Positions 52,052-64,000 of a stretch of DNA of 64,000 nt are shown here, piece by piece. Under the pieces are notes generated by a model. That model was not told the DNA's origin, searched no databases, and saw only the letters and a list, made by a program, of their open reading frames with translations. Position 1 is the first letter of the stretch; each line of letters begins with the position of its first letter. Both the position numbers and the translations under genes were made by a program. This DNA is from Hormiphora californensis (lineage: Eukaryota; Animalia; Ctenophora). The stretch covers positions 2,232,001 through 2,296,000 of the forward strand of contig CM035359.1 of the NCBI GenBank assembly GCA_020137815.1, read 5' to 3'.

Positions 52052-52708
52052 GTATCCTTTTCATGCTCAGCTAACCTGACAAATAATTAATACCCCTGTA
52101 CCATGATACGGGCAGTATCCTTTTTGACCAGCTGACAAACTGACAAGAGTGCAAATGTGTTCACTGTGTGTGTGTGCGTGTGTTTCAATGTTGCTAAAAG
52201 ATTCTTGCGATCTTTGCTACTAACTGGGTCAACCTTTTGAGGATTTCGTGAGTTACAGCACTATTTTATTCTTAAATCTGAGGTCCAGATAATTTTTAGA
52301 TCTAGATCTAACTTATCTTATACAACCACCACTTGTAAACTGCAGCAATCTAACGCATTTGTTGTAATCCCATCTTTCTCTCTCTCCCTCTCTCAATCTC
52401 GATCCTCTCCTTCGCCATCTCGGTTCATCTTTCTCTCCCTCTGTGTGTAACCAGTGGTAATTGGGTGGGGCTACTAACCACTCCCAATCACCACTTCATA
52501 TTGAGACTTTAGTACCCCCCCCCCCTTCTACTCACCATAATAATTTGATTGTGAGTATAAGCATTTACAATCACCACCCCTTCCCATGGTACTCCTAATT
52601 GGTTTCTCCCCTCTATTCTATCTCTTTCTTTCCCTTATATTGTCCCTTTTGTCTATAAAGATCTTCACATCTTTCCCCCGATATTTCTGTTACAGCTTTC
52701 TCTCTCTC

Positions 52709-52755
<47 letters not shown>

Positions 52756-53236
52756 ATTTTTCTCTCGATCCACCAAATATCTCCCTCCATCTCTACAGAT
52801 CCATAGCCTCAGTAGATCTTTATAATTGGTGTGTGTGTGTGTGTGTGTGCAGCAGTAGTACACTCCACGAATTATATACACGATTCCCTCTCCCCATCTG
52901 TTTCTCTTACTCTCTCCCCTCTCTTTTTGTTTCTTTCTCTCTCTCATTCCCTTTCTCTAATTGCCCCATTTCCCAAGTCCGCGGGTATTAGAATTAGCGT
53001 AAAATCCCTCCCAATGAACAGTATGTTTTGCTCTCTTTTCAGCCCTGCATTTTACCTCTAACTTCTTAATAGCCTGTAATTGTATACTCACAACTTTTGA
53101 ACTTTTGTACCCTACTTTCTGCCTGACCCCAGATATTCTAAAAAATGAAATACAAATAAAGCAAATAAAGTGGTTTATTTGACCAATATCGTTGTATATT
53201 CTGAAAACTAACGCCCATTTAGCACTTTTCACAGCC

Positions 53237-54689
53237 ATGGCACTTTCAGCACTAGCCCCCGCTTACTCTCCCTTCTTCGGATGTATGGGTGCCGCGTCAG
53301 CCATCATTTTCAGTTGTAAGTTTAATTGAAGTGTGGAATTCAGACACGTATTGTTTTTGAAGATCTAGGAAGTGCTGAATTAACATGGAGTTGGGAACAT
53401 GAGATAATAATTCTCCATTATATGTAACTCGGGGGAGGAGGGAGAAACTAAGAGACATGTATAGGCCAGGTCTGGTTGTGACTGTTTAGAGTTATCCAGG
53501 GGGATGTGTAACATGAGAAATCTCTCTCTTTACCATGGATTATGATATAGTGTCCCACTTAAATCTCAAGGGATAATACTAGGTACTTTCCAAGCACATA
53601 GACACTGGGCTATTTAGCACTCTCTAATATCTCTTTTCTCTCATAGTTACCCCTCTAAGGAGACTATGAACATACTATTTCCCAAACCCACACCCCTCTT
53701 TCCCTCAGCATTGGGTGCAGCATATGGAACAGCTAAATCAGGAGTGGGTATCTCAGCTATGGCCATCATGAAGCCTGACCTGATCATGAAGTCCATCATC
53801 CCCGTTGTAATGGCTGGTATTCTGGCCATCTACGGGCTGGTAGTTGCAGCTCTTATCATTGGAAAAAGTAGGTGTTTTCCCCCTTCCTATCTACCCAGCT
53901 TTGTCCAAGAAAATTAAAATTTCCCAAAAATCAGATAGTATGTTTTTAAGGTATGTTCAATATTTCCTGAGATGTCTTCCGATAACAATTTGAATTAGAT
54001 TTGCTTGATTTTCTATCAGCTGACTCGATAGCGTGCGCCGCCCAGTGCAGGAAGACACCCCAGCCGAACACCTTGCTAACACGCGCGCTTGATAGTTGTT
54101 AGCATTTGGACCGCGCGCCACATTTTCACTGATGTGACCTGCGACATCAATCCGAACCCGGAAATTGCTCTAGAAATATGATCCAAGTTCCCAACTACCC
54201 TCCTGTACACAAATCCCGGAAACACTCACCCCTCTCCCAATCTCAGTTGGAGCAGCCCCTGGATACACGCTCTTCGATTCGTTCTGTCATTTCTCTGCTG
54301 GTCTCTCCGTCGGAATTTGCGGTATCGCCGCTGGATTTGCTATTGGTATCGTCGGAGATGCTGGTACGTAACTCGCTCACACAGTCTCATCCTCTTTCTC
54401 TCTCTCTCTCTCACTCTCTCACTCTCTCATACTTCCTCTATTTCTCTTCTACACGGTCATTCGTCTCTAATTTCTCTAACACACCCAGTTTCCTGTTGCC
54501 TAGCTCGATCCCCTTTACGCGAGCTCCGTGAAGGAGGGCTAGAACAAGTTTACTGCTGTTCAACCTTTTCTCATTTTGTATTTCCGCATTCTCATACATA
54601 CGTGGCATCAGGCCGCACCAGGCGCAGTGTAGAAAAGTGACGTGTTTTATCATCCAGGCATCCTCAATAGTGATAATCAGCATACACAT

Positions 54690-54738
<49 letters not shown>

Positions 54739-54995
54739 CTCTCTTACTCAGGAAGGCCGCAGTATTTACTCAGCAGCATTACTTGTAACACGTACTCCCC
54801 ACTTACTGTGAACACTGCACTGAGTTATATGTACGTGTATGGCACGCCCAATTCAATCTCGTAACCTTTCTCTCTGTATAGTACACACATTCTATCTGCA
54901 CCAACTCAATTCTCCTTCTATCAGTCTTCCTCTCTCTCTAGCTCACTCTCTTTTGTCTCTCTCCCTCTCTCCTTGTCTCTCTGTCTCTAGCTCTT

Positions 54996-55077
<82 letters not shown>

Positions 55078-55225
55078 ACTTTCCTCCTTTTATCCAGGTG
55101 TACGAGCCACGGCCCAGCAGCCCAGGCTTTTCGTCGGTATGATCCTGATTCTCATTTTTGGAGAAGTCCTTGGTCTGTACGGATTCATTGTTGGAGTCAT
55201 GCTGCATCTCAAAGTACAATCTTAA
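53237..55225 (+). CDS. ATP6V0C: V-ATPase c (16-kDa proteolipid) subunit, complete copy B (exons 53237-53315, 53709-53867, 54247-54363, 55098-55225)
   Basis: Four TM helices; [65 protein letters not shown] with the essential Glu; all phase-1 GT-AG introns. Confidence 0.93.
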
Positions 55226-55964
55226 AATGGTATGTTCTGGAAGAATATGTTCTGGAAGAATATTTTCTGGAGGAATATTTTCTGGAAGAATATTTTCTCA
55301 TCACTATTTTTATAAAACTGACAACTTTTCAACCTCTCGTTGTGAGTTTTAGGAAGATGGTGATAGAAAATTTTAGAATAGTGTGAGAGAAACTTGGAAT
55401 TCAAGTGAAAACGCCAGTGTTTACACAGCCTCCACATCAAAGATGTCCTCTTTTCCTTTCTCGGAAAGTTGTGATTTCCTCTTTTCCTTTCTCGGAAAGT
55501 TGTGACCCGACTCACCGCACAGATTTACATTTTCTATCCACTGACGCTGGCTGCCCATCATTATCCCACACCCAATATATTCCCATTCTAACCTTCTTTC
55601 TTTTTCAGTGTATTCGGTTCAAGATCATCGTGTCTGCTGATGGTACATGACGTCACACGTTATGACGTCACCCTTTGAAAAGTGCTGAAAAGGTGTGCAT
55701 GAACATTCCTGCGGGACAGGAAACTATACGAAAAACTGATCTGTGCTTCTCGACTGGGCGATATATAGATATTATCTGGCGGTCCTCATGTGTTTTAAAA
55801 TAACATATCCTCGCACCCTCAACTTGCCACTTTTTAGAAATCACCCTCATCCCTCATATAATGATGATTCACTTTAAACGATGTGTTTGCCATTCACCTA
55901 AAGTCTGTGCCATTCATATTTAATCTTTCCCTTCCCTCCGTTTTTTAGCCACTTTTAATTAGCT

Positions 55965-57305
55965 CACGGCGTGCCTGGTGAAATTTTAACACGACCTAGC
56001 ATGCGACGGGAAACCACCACTTGTACGTGGTAGCTGAGGGTCTACAGAATGGCGCTACGGTGCGGGATAAAAAAATCCATTCCCTAAAATCTTTTTTTTT
56101 ACTTTTATTTGATTTGGGTCAAAATTGGCTATATTAAACGTGGTTCCGAAAAATCCATAATGACTTAGCACACGAAATATGTCACCCCCACCTATTTTTG
56201 CACGTAGAATCGATTGCCGTTGAAGTCGAATCTCTAAAATGACTGTAAAATGGTCAAAAGTTGATTTTTTACCATTTTTTGGAGGTTTTTGGCCCCTAAA
56301 CCATTGAAAACGTTGAGATAGGAATTTGAAACTTGTGCCAATCGTTAAAATGGTCATTTTTCTACCAAGAACCAAGTTTTCGTGTATATCAGATTTATGG
56401 TTAGATTTGGGCAAATTGTTGAAATCTGCCAACTAGGAGAACCGTAACTTGATTTTCTTGTTTTTTGGATTTTGGCATTTTTGAAAAACTTCTGATTGAA
56501 ATGGCCAGTCGGGACCATGCTTAAGTTGTTTATGGGACAATTTTCGACTAAAATCCAAGATTTCATACCAATCCAATAACAGATCGTTGATTTATAGAAA
56601 ATTTGCGTAGGCAAAACGGTCAAAATAACAACTTTTCTTGCTTATTTTGACCGTTTTGCCTACGCAAATTTTCTATAAATCAACGATCTGTTATTGGATT
56701 GGTATGAAATCTTGGATTTTAGTCGAAAATTGTCCCATAAACAACTTAAGCATGGTCCCGACTGGCCATTTCAATCAGAAGTTTTTCAAAAATGCCAAAA
56801 TCCAAAAAACAAGAAAATCAAGTTACGGTTCTCCTAGTTGGCAGATTTCAACAATTTGCCCAAATCTAACCATAAATCTGATATACACGAAAACTTGGTT
56901 CTTGGTAGAAAAATGACCATTTTAACGATTGGCACAAGTTTCAAATTCCTATCTCAACGTTTTCAATGGTTTAGGGGCCAAAAACCTCCAAAAAATGGTA
57001 AAAAATCAACTTTTGACCATTTTACAGTCATTTTAGAGATTCGACTTCAACGGCAATCGATTCTACGTGCAAAAATAGGTAGGGGTGACATATTTCGTAA
57101 GCTAAGTCATTATGGATTTTTCGGAACCACGTTTAATATAGCCAATTTTGACCCAAATCAAATAAAAGTAAAAAAAAAGATTTTAGGGAATGGATTTTTT
57201 TATCCCGCACCGTAGCGCCATTCTGTAGACCCTCAGCTACCACGTACAAGTGGTGGTTTCCCGTCGCATGCTAGGTCGTGTTAAAATTTCACCAGGCACG
57301 CCGTG
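55965..57305. mobile_element. Chapaev-like foldback element, copy 2
   Basis: Same family as 25870-27213; CAC...GTG ends; 4-bp TSD AGCT. Confidence 0.8.
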
Positions 57306-58042
57306 AGCTAGTTAATAGTGTGAGTGAGAGATATTTAGGATTTTTGGGTTTTCTTCGGGCCATTCATTTCGAGTTTAAAATGTATGTGTTCTTTCTGTTT
57401 TGAGAATAGAATAACAATCTGTACCATCTCATCATTGATACAATTCATGATTTTGATTTCAAACATTTAGGAACATGAAATAATATCTTCGAGAGTGAGA
57501 GTGTGAGTGTTGTTATATACATCTCTCCATTATTGTGTATGTGTGTAAGATGTGTTACAATTGAAAAATATACGAGTTTTACCACGCTATATATAAATAT
57601 AATTATACATACACGTACATATACAACGTATTTATACAACAATTTTACAAAGTTAAATCTTTTAGCAAGGTTCAACTTTAAAACTTAAAATCCGCTAACA
57701 AATTCTCAAACGCAATACAATTCATGCAGACTGCATGATGCAGTACTAATATTGCATGAATTACAACCTTACTCCTTTAAAAAGGGAAGAGGTTCAAGGC
57801 ATTTAATGGCCTGGTTGCTTCTAAATTGGTCGCGTTCATCAGAATTCCACTCATAATAATTCGATATACAAGTCCCTTACATAAATCGGGCTACAAAGCC
57901 AGTATCACGTCCCAAAAGATTGCCTTGCTCGACCCTGTTTCACCCGTAAAGGAGGGTTAGAACATAATATGTCCCTATAGGGATAAGGATAATGTCCATA
58001 TAAGGAGTTGTGTCCCATGTTGGGTGTGTCCCATGTGATATT

Positions 58043-59936
58043 TTAGAAGGGTAGCGGACCACCACTGGGAGCAGGGACATGTACGTCAAGTTTCTCGAAG
58101 TACTTCTCAATCTCTCCCTTGCACCACACCGTGTAGATGAATGTAACGAGCATGCACACTCCAGCACGGAATATCTCGTATAAACCTCCTCCGTCACCGA
58201 TGTGACAGGCAAAGGGGAATCTCTGGGAGGGAGGAAGGGTGTTAAATAGGAACCTCTCTTCTAGAACTAGGGAGGTTTTTGGTGATAATTGATATGCTGT
58301 GACCACCCCCCCCCCTCCTGCTGTGACATAGAACCTCAAATGGGTTCTATATAATCCCCCCCCCCCCCGTCCCATAATTTACCTCAACTCCGAAGATAGT
58401 CACCCAGTATACAAAGAATGTAGTGATAACAAATACGACATTTTCAGTTTCCTTCCACTTCAGGAAGACAATAAGGAAGGACATGATTGCGATTAGAACC
58501 CTGAAAATATAGTTGTTGTTGTGTGTGTGATCTGATCACGGTCTATTGAAATTTCAACAAATAGAAATAGAAGAATAGTATGCTACCCCTGTCTGGCGGC
58601 GCCATACCCCAATTTGACAGTGCGCTCAGATGGGGTCGGCACTCGGCCAAACAGTGCTACCCCGGCCCCCTGTATGGCGACGCCATACCCCATTTGATTC
58701 TCAACAGTGCGCTCAGATCGGGTCGGCGGCCCAGTGTCCCGATCTCTGGAATATGAAGGAAAGATAAATGCAAAAATTCTGCAGCAAAACAAAATCTATG
58801 CAGCAAAATGAAAAAATATTAGGGCACTGCAGCAGCAGCTGCTACTGCAGCAGAAGATATTTCCCATACTTACACACAGAGCAGTGATGAGTGCTGCAGC
58901 AGTGTGTAACATATTCTCTCTCTCTAACATATCTCTCTGTTATAACAGAGAGATAGAATATGTTGGGGCATGCCCCAGTTGTGCGTAGTGCACCGACAAC
59001 AGTCGAGTAAGGGAGAAGGGGAAACAAAAGAGAGATTCATACTTTGACATAGCTCTCTTTTTTCCCCATAGCTTTACAAAGGGGTGAGATCGTTACTGTC
59101 ACTGTTGCAGTCTCTGCAGTGGAATTTTCTTGGAATTTTCCATCTCTGCAGTCCCTGCTGCAGTGCTGCAGGGACTGCAGCAGTGGAATTTTCTTGGAAT
59201 ATTCCATCTCTGCAGCACTGCAGCAGGGACTGCAGAGAATTTTCAAGGAATTTTGATAACTGTGAACTGCAGTAGGGAATATTCTAGGGAATATTCCAAT
59301 ATCATAGGGACTGCAGGGGACTGCAGTAGGGGAATATTCTAGGGAATATTCCAATCTTATAGGGACAGCAGGGGACTGCAGTAGGGGAATATTCCAGGGA
59401 ATATTCCAATCTTATAGGGACTGTAGGGGAATATTCCAGGGAATATTCCAACCTTATAGGGACTGCAGTAGGGGAATATTCCAATCTTATAGGGACTGCA
59501 GTAGGGGAATATTCCAATCTTATAGGGACTGCAGGGGACTGCAGTAGGGGAATATTCCAGGAAAAATTCCAATCTTATAGGGACTGCCGGGGTATTTTTT
59601 CCAATGAAATCATGTTTAGGACGGTAGAAAATTTGGAAAATCCCTATCCATGACTGCAGCAAACAGTAAAATTCTTGCAGCAAAACGAGCCCCCAAAATG
59701 AAAATTCCAGGCGTGAAAAAAAAATCGGGACACCGGGGTCGGCGGCGCCAAACAGTACAGTACAGTGCTACCCCGGGGCCCCTGCAGGTACCTACCTGTC
59801 AGGCCAATGCTCTGACCACGAGAATGAGTCAGGCCAATGCTCTGACAGGTACCTACCACATTAGAATGGGGGTAAAGTTGTCTCCACAGCCACTCTTGTC
59901 CATTACTTTATCGATGAAGGCAGTGACAGACTCCAT
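58043..59936 (-). CDS. small multi-pass membrane protein of unknown family (clear exons 58500-58383 and 58222-58043; probable first exon from 59936)
   Basis: VLIAIMSFLIVFLKWKETENVVFVITTFFVYWVTIFGVE|RFPFACH..IFRAGVCMLVTFIYTVWCKGEIEKYFE..PF*. Middle exons uncertain. Confidence 0.55.
59105..59590. repeat. CTGCAG/GGAATATTCC minisatellite
   Basis: Tandem variants of GGGACTGCAGTAGGGGAATATTCCAATCTTATA. Confidence 0.9.
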
Positions 59937-60034
59937 AGCGGAAATAAACTGTAAAGTATAGATTATCACTGATAATGCTCTGACAATTTGATTATCATAC
60001 CTCCCACGCTGATAGTTATATCAGGCATCAGCTG

Positions 60035-60143
60035 CAGGAACCGACCGAAACGAGTAAACAACCAATCAGAACTCGTTATTTAGGTCACGTGACTGGTTAT
60101 CAGCCAATCAGGGACCAGTATTTCCTGATTCGGTCGGTCCCTG
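60035..60143 (+). mobile_element. family A hAT-like MITE nested in other short inverted repeats
   Basis: 8-bp TSD ATCAGCTG at 60027-60034 and 60144-60151. Confidence 0.88.
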
Positions 60144-60413
60144 ATCAGCTGATAATATCAACCTGGGGGGGTATGATAATCAAATTGTCAGAGCATATTT
60201 AGACTGTCAGACCAATGCTCTGATCACAGTTCTCGCTAATAGTCGCTCGTTGAAGAAATGAGAATAGGGTCAGGCCAATATATATGCTCTGGCAGCCATA
60301 TAATTAATTCATTCCAATGCGTGAGCAGAGCATTGGTCTGACCCATTCTCGGAGCGCGCGAGAACTGTGATCAGAAGCATTGGCCCTGTCTGGCGCCGCG
60401 ACCCATCTGAGCG

Positions 60414-63400
60414 GGTAACCCCCCTACATACAGACCGACACTATACAGAACGACACCATACAGACCGACACCATACCGAATCTGTATGGAGTCGTATATA
60501 CCCGACAAAACGACGCCATACAGACCAAATATCTTTCTCAGCCCAGTCTGTATATGGTCGTATTTTTCCGTGATTCCGACGCCATACAGACCAGTTGTAT
60601 GTTGTACATATAATGCATATTAAGGTACAGTGTACACACTAAATAATTTTGGTTTGTTTGGGAAACAAAGAAAACAGTTTATTGTTTGATTTTCTATGCC
60701 AGTAGCAATGAAATAACTTTGTAAGGGCAATCGATTAACTCACAAAAATACTGATAAATTCCGTATTAAACTAATTTCGCTTAATACTAATTTTAAAAAC
60801 ACAGCACTCATTACTCAATCCTGATTTATATTAACCTCGCTTCTTTTGCGTACTAGAGAAATGACTCATTTTCCTGACAAATCCTAGTCGCTGTTCTCGG
60901 TCAACAAAACGGTAATCTCTAACTTGCCTACTTATCATCTCCTGTCTCTTGACCTCACTCTTCTTCTTTTTGGACACATTAGATCCCCCAGACATAAACT
61001 GGTTGATCTTAAAATCACTTTTAATCTGCACATTACGAATTGTTTCAATAAACTTCCAAATCACGGGCTTTGCACACCCCATAGCTAATCTAAGTCCATT
61101 GTTTCCTCCTTCTGAAACATTGTTCGTTCTGGGCTGTCCGGCCAGGGTTCTGTCATAACAGTTCCACTGTTTACACGTGTACCTACCGTCAACCCAGGTT
61201 GACTCAACGTACTCACAAAAGTCTTCCGATTCAGGAAAAGTTGCGAAAAGTAGGTGCTTGTAGTCGTTCCATGCATCAGCTACCTCGTCAGTCGGAAGAA
61301 ACGCCATACCAAATAGATGATACAGCATCTCCTGAAGATCCTGTTTGGTGAAAAATCCTGGCACATTCTTCATATGTTTCAGGAGGGCCTGATCCAGATG
61401 GAAGTTACATCCCTGCATCCAGCTGTCAGGGAAGAGATCCTCTACTGCTCTGATGATCGCTGTCTCGTAGTCGGAGAGGAACCCCACTGGTCCCCATTCT
61501 GGAGCTGCTTCTTTTAGGCAGTTGAGGGCCGCCTTGTATGAATCCTTCGTCTTGTTCTCCAACAGGCAAAAGGCAACCGGGATGTGGTCCTTGGTGTCTG
61601 CCAAGTAAATCCTGATGATGAAGACTTGATACCAGCCGGCAGGAGCGGTGGCGAAGGTTCCATCTAGGAACGTTATCGTGGAGTTCTCCAGCTGAGTCAG
61701 GTTCTTGTCAGTTGCGAAAACTACCACCCGTTTTCCAGAGCGGGTATATGAGTCAGAAAGCAGGAATCTGTTTCCGTTGGAATCTAGTTGGAACTCTGGG
61801 GGGATGACAGTCTCCCTAGCTGTGTTAGGAGCTGGTGGCGGTGCGTGAAGTTTCTTCCTTCGTCGCTGCACATTTCGAGAAAGAGAGTCAAACGTGGCGA
61901 GGTGGTCGCCCTGGCACCGGTCCGAAACTCCCTTCAGGGCGCTGGTAACAATTTGGGACGTGGCTGTTTGGGTAGCTGCTCCTTCCTTCAACCTGTCAAA
62001 TAAATGGTGTGTGTTAGAAAAACCAAAAAGGGATTTAGATGATCAAGACAAGGTGTATTATAACATTCCCCTAATTTCTGCAAACACTTGCCTGGCAATA
62101 ACTTTAGCAGCCTCAAATGCGAGAAAATTGGGCTCGTGTGGGTGAGTAGGAAGCTGGTTCCCCTGTATTTCAGTCCCTTCATCATTCGTGGTTAATCGTG
62201 CACGACAACCAATATCAGGCCTCTCTTGACAATACCTAATGGGAGATGGAGATAGTAAATATTAGGATTGGGAGAAGGGCTAGGGAAAGGATAAAACTGC
62301 ATGTTAAAGAAATGGCATTATTTGTTGAAGCCTTAATCGAACAATGAACATAATATGATATCTATTAATGGAGCATCAAATTATTGTCAACTCACCAGTA
62401 TCTGACGCATCTGTCTGATAGCTTTTTCCTCTTTTCATGGACATAGATGAAGCCAAGGATCCCTAGCTGCCGACCTCCCTTCCTTCCATACAAGTGGTGA
62501 ATTTTAACTTTAGTTGGGTCACTGATATCGCCTGAAAAGAGTTTTATTAAGTAATGTGCATGTAAAAACTAAAAACATTCATGTTTGCCACATAACATTC
62601 TTATCTACTATTCTAATCTACTATAAACAAACATTAATTCTGTTGGTCACGCCTATAACTTCGAACTTGGGTAATGGGGCTTTACTCGCTATCTCCCCCT
62701 TATTAGGGGCTTCTATCACGCTAAGGCTCTCCAAATAATTTAGTTTGAATCACGGAAACCCGCTTCGGGTGTCCGAACTACACTGCAGTACACGCAGCAC
62801 ACATACGGTAACTGAGAAATACTTCTCTCTCCCTCTATCTAAAGACATCATTGAGGCAGTGCAACTTACATTCTTGGGTCTCTGATGTTGAAGTACTGCT
62901 CGCTGCAACACTATCATCAATGCGGGGTTCACTGTCATTTATATCAATATCTGCTTCTGTTACTGAAAAAGTTTACAATATTAATAACAAGCAATAAAAT
63001 TTGAAGCATATATCAAAAATGTTTCAATTTCAACTTGTGGGAATGCAGTAGGTTTGAACATACCAATCATTGCTGTGTCCAGATCAAGAACTGTAGAAGA
63101 AAAGCCAGGCAAAGAAAAATCCATGTGGTCCGACTCCAAGTTAGAATGAACTGATGCATGGTACGGCTGTAAACTGATGTAGGAGTCCTCTAGAGGGTCA
63201 AATCCTAGAGACTGTGGCGAGCTTGGAACAACGGCAAATGGGTCTTGGCCCGAACCATCGGTATCAATATTGGATAGCAATTCAGTAAAGCTCATTGAGA
63301 AAAGTTTTTAAAACAGATAGCTGCAGGTAGTAAGCCTGAGTTTGATTTATATACCAAGTTGAGTCAATTATTCATTGAAATCGAAGTCGGATACCAGACC

Positions 63401-63898
63401 CCCTCCATTCAATGTTTAGACACCCCATCTAGCTACTCTTGCTGACTAGAACCCAATTTATTTCTAGTCCCCGCCGGATCAAGTAGCTAGCTGAGGACTC
63501 CCCGGCTAGCTACTTGATCCCAATTATTCATTTATACACTCTGATTAGCTACTTGATCGGTGATCCCAGACCCAATCTATTTGTACATTTTGACTAGCTA
63601 CTTGATCCCAATTTATTCATTCACTTTGACTAGCTACCATATATTATGAAACTGCTTCATTTGGTTCTCAAAATTATTTAGTGTGTACACTGTACCTTAA
63701 TATGCATTATATGTACAACATACCACTGGTCTGTATGGCGTCGGAATCACGGAAAAATACGACCATATACAGACTGGGCTGAGAAAGATATTTGGTCTGT
63801 ATGGCGTCGTTTTGTCGGGTATATACGACTCCATACAGATTCGGTATGGTGTCGGTCTGTATGGTGTCGTTCTGTATAGTGTCGGTCTGTATGTAGGG
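60414..63898 (-). mobile_element. Mutator-like (MULE) DNA transposon
   Basis: 230-bp TIRs (60422-60651 / 63669-63898) with repeated CATACAGAC motifs; inserted into a short dispersed repeat (CCCATCTGAGCG|CACTG). Confidence 0.9.
60831..63295 (-). CDS. FLYWCH-MULE transposase, 5 exons (63295-63064, 62962-62870, 62531-62396, 62235-62092, 61992-60831), ~588 aa
   Basis: FLYWCH (GFIY..RYWYC..GCRARL..HPH); DDE core LDGTF, LSDYE, CNFH, RTNNVSEG; phases consistent if intron 4 is GC-AG. Confidence 0.88.
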
Positions 63899-64000
63899 AG
63901 CGCACTGAGAATCAAATGGGGTATGGCGCCGCCATACAGCATTGGCCTGACAGAGCTTTCAAGCTCATGACTCATCACGTGGTTCAAGTTTCAAGGCACT

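Noticed and set aside
25960-57215. Repeated mirror-image ORFs (MADFNN.., MPNRALK.., MLKTII..)
   Set aside because: Incidental frames in foldback arms; no transposase motifs.

Overview
Eukaryotic (animal) genomic DNA with many introns and repeats, and locally error-prone sequence. A short palindromic MITE family I recall from Pleurobrachia-type ctenophore assemblies suggests a ctenophore; this is inference. Host genes: (1) a minus-strand putative transcription-factor gene whose shared 5' exons (14235-11242) end in a phase-1 donor and are followed by several phase-1 terminal exons encoding different DNA-binding modules (two separate double-C2H2 exons, a bZIP-type basic region, others), a lola/mod(mdg4)-like layout that is the top finding; (2) LRRC58, head-to-head with it; (3) the 3' half of a phospholipase C-beta; (4) a V-ATPase c proteolipid locus with two 5' halves and one 3' half; (5) a small membrane-protein gene and a RING-like fragment. 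Mobile DNA: a Penelope-like element with hammerhead motifs that hosts a nested RLE non-LTR element, a CR1/L2-type LINE with a candidate -1 frameshift site, an apparently intact 5-exon FLYWCH-MULE transposon, Chapaev- and Kolobok-like foldbacks, hAT and Tc1-like MITEs, and TTAGGG-related and polypurine satellites. Exon structures were read by eye and need RNA confirmation.
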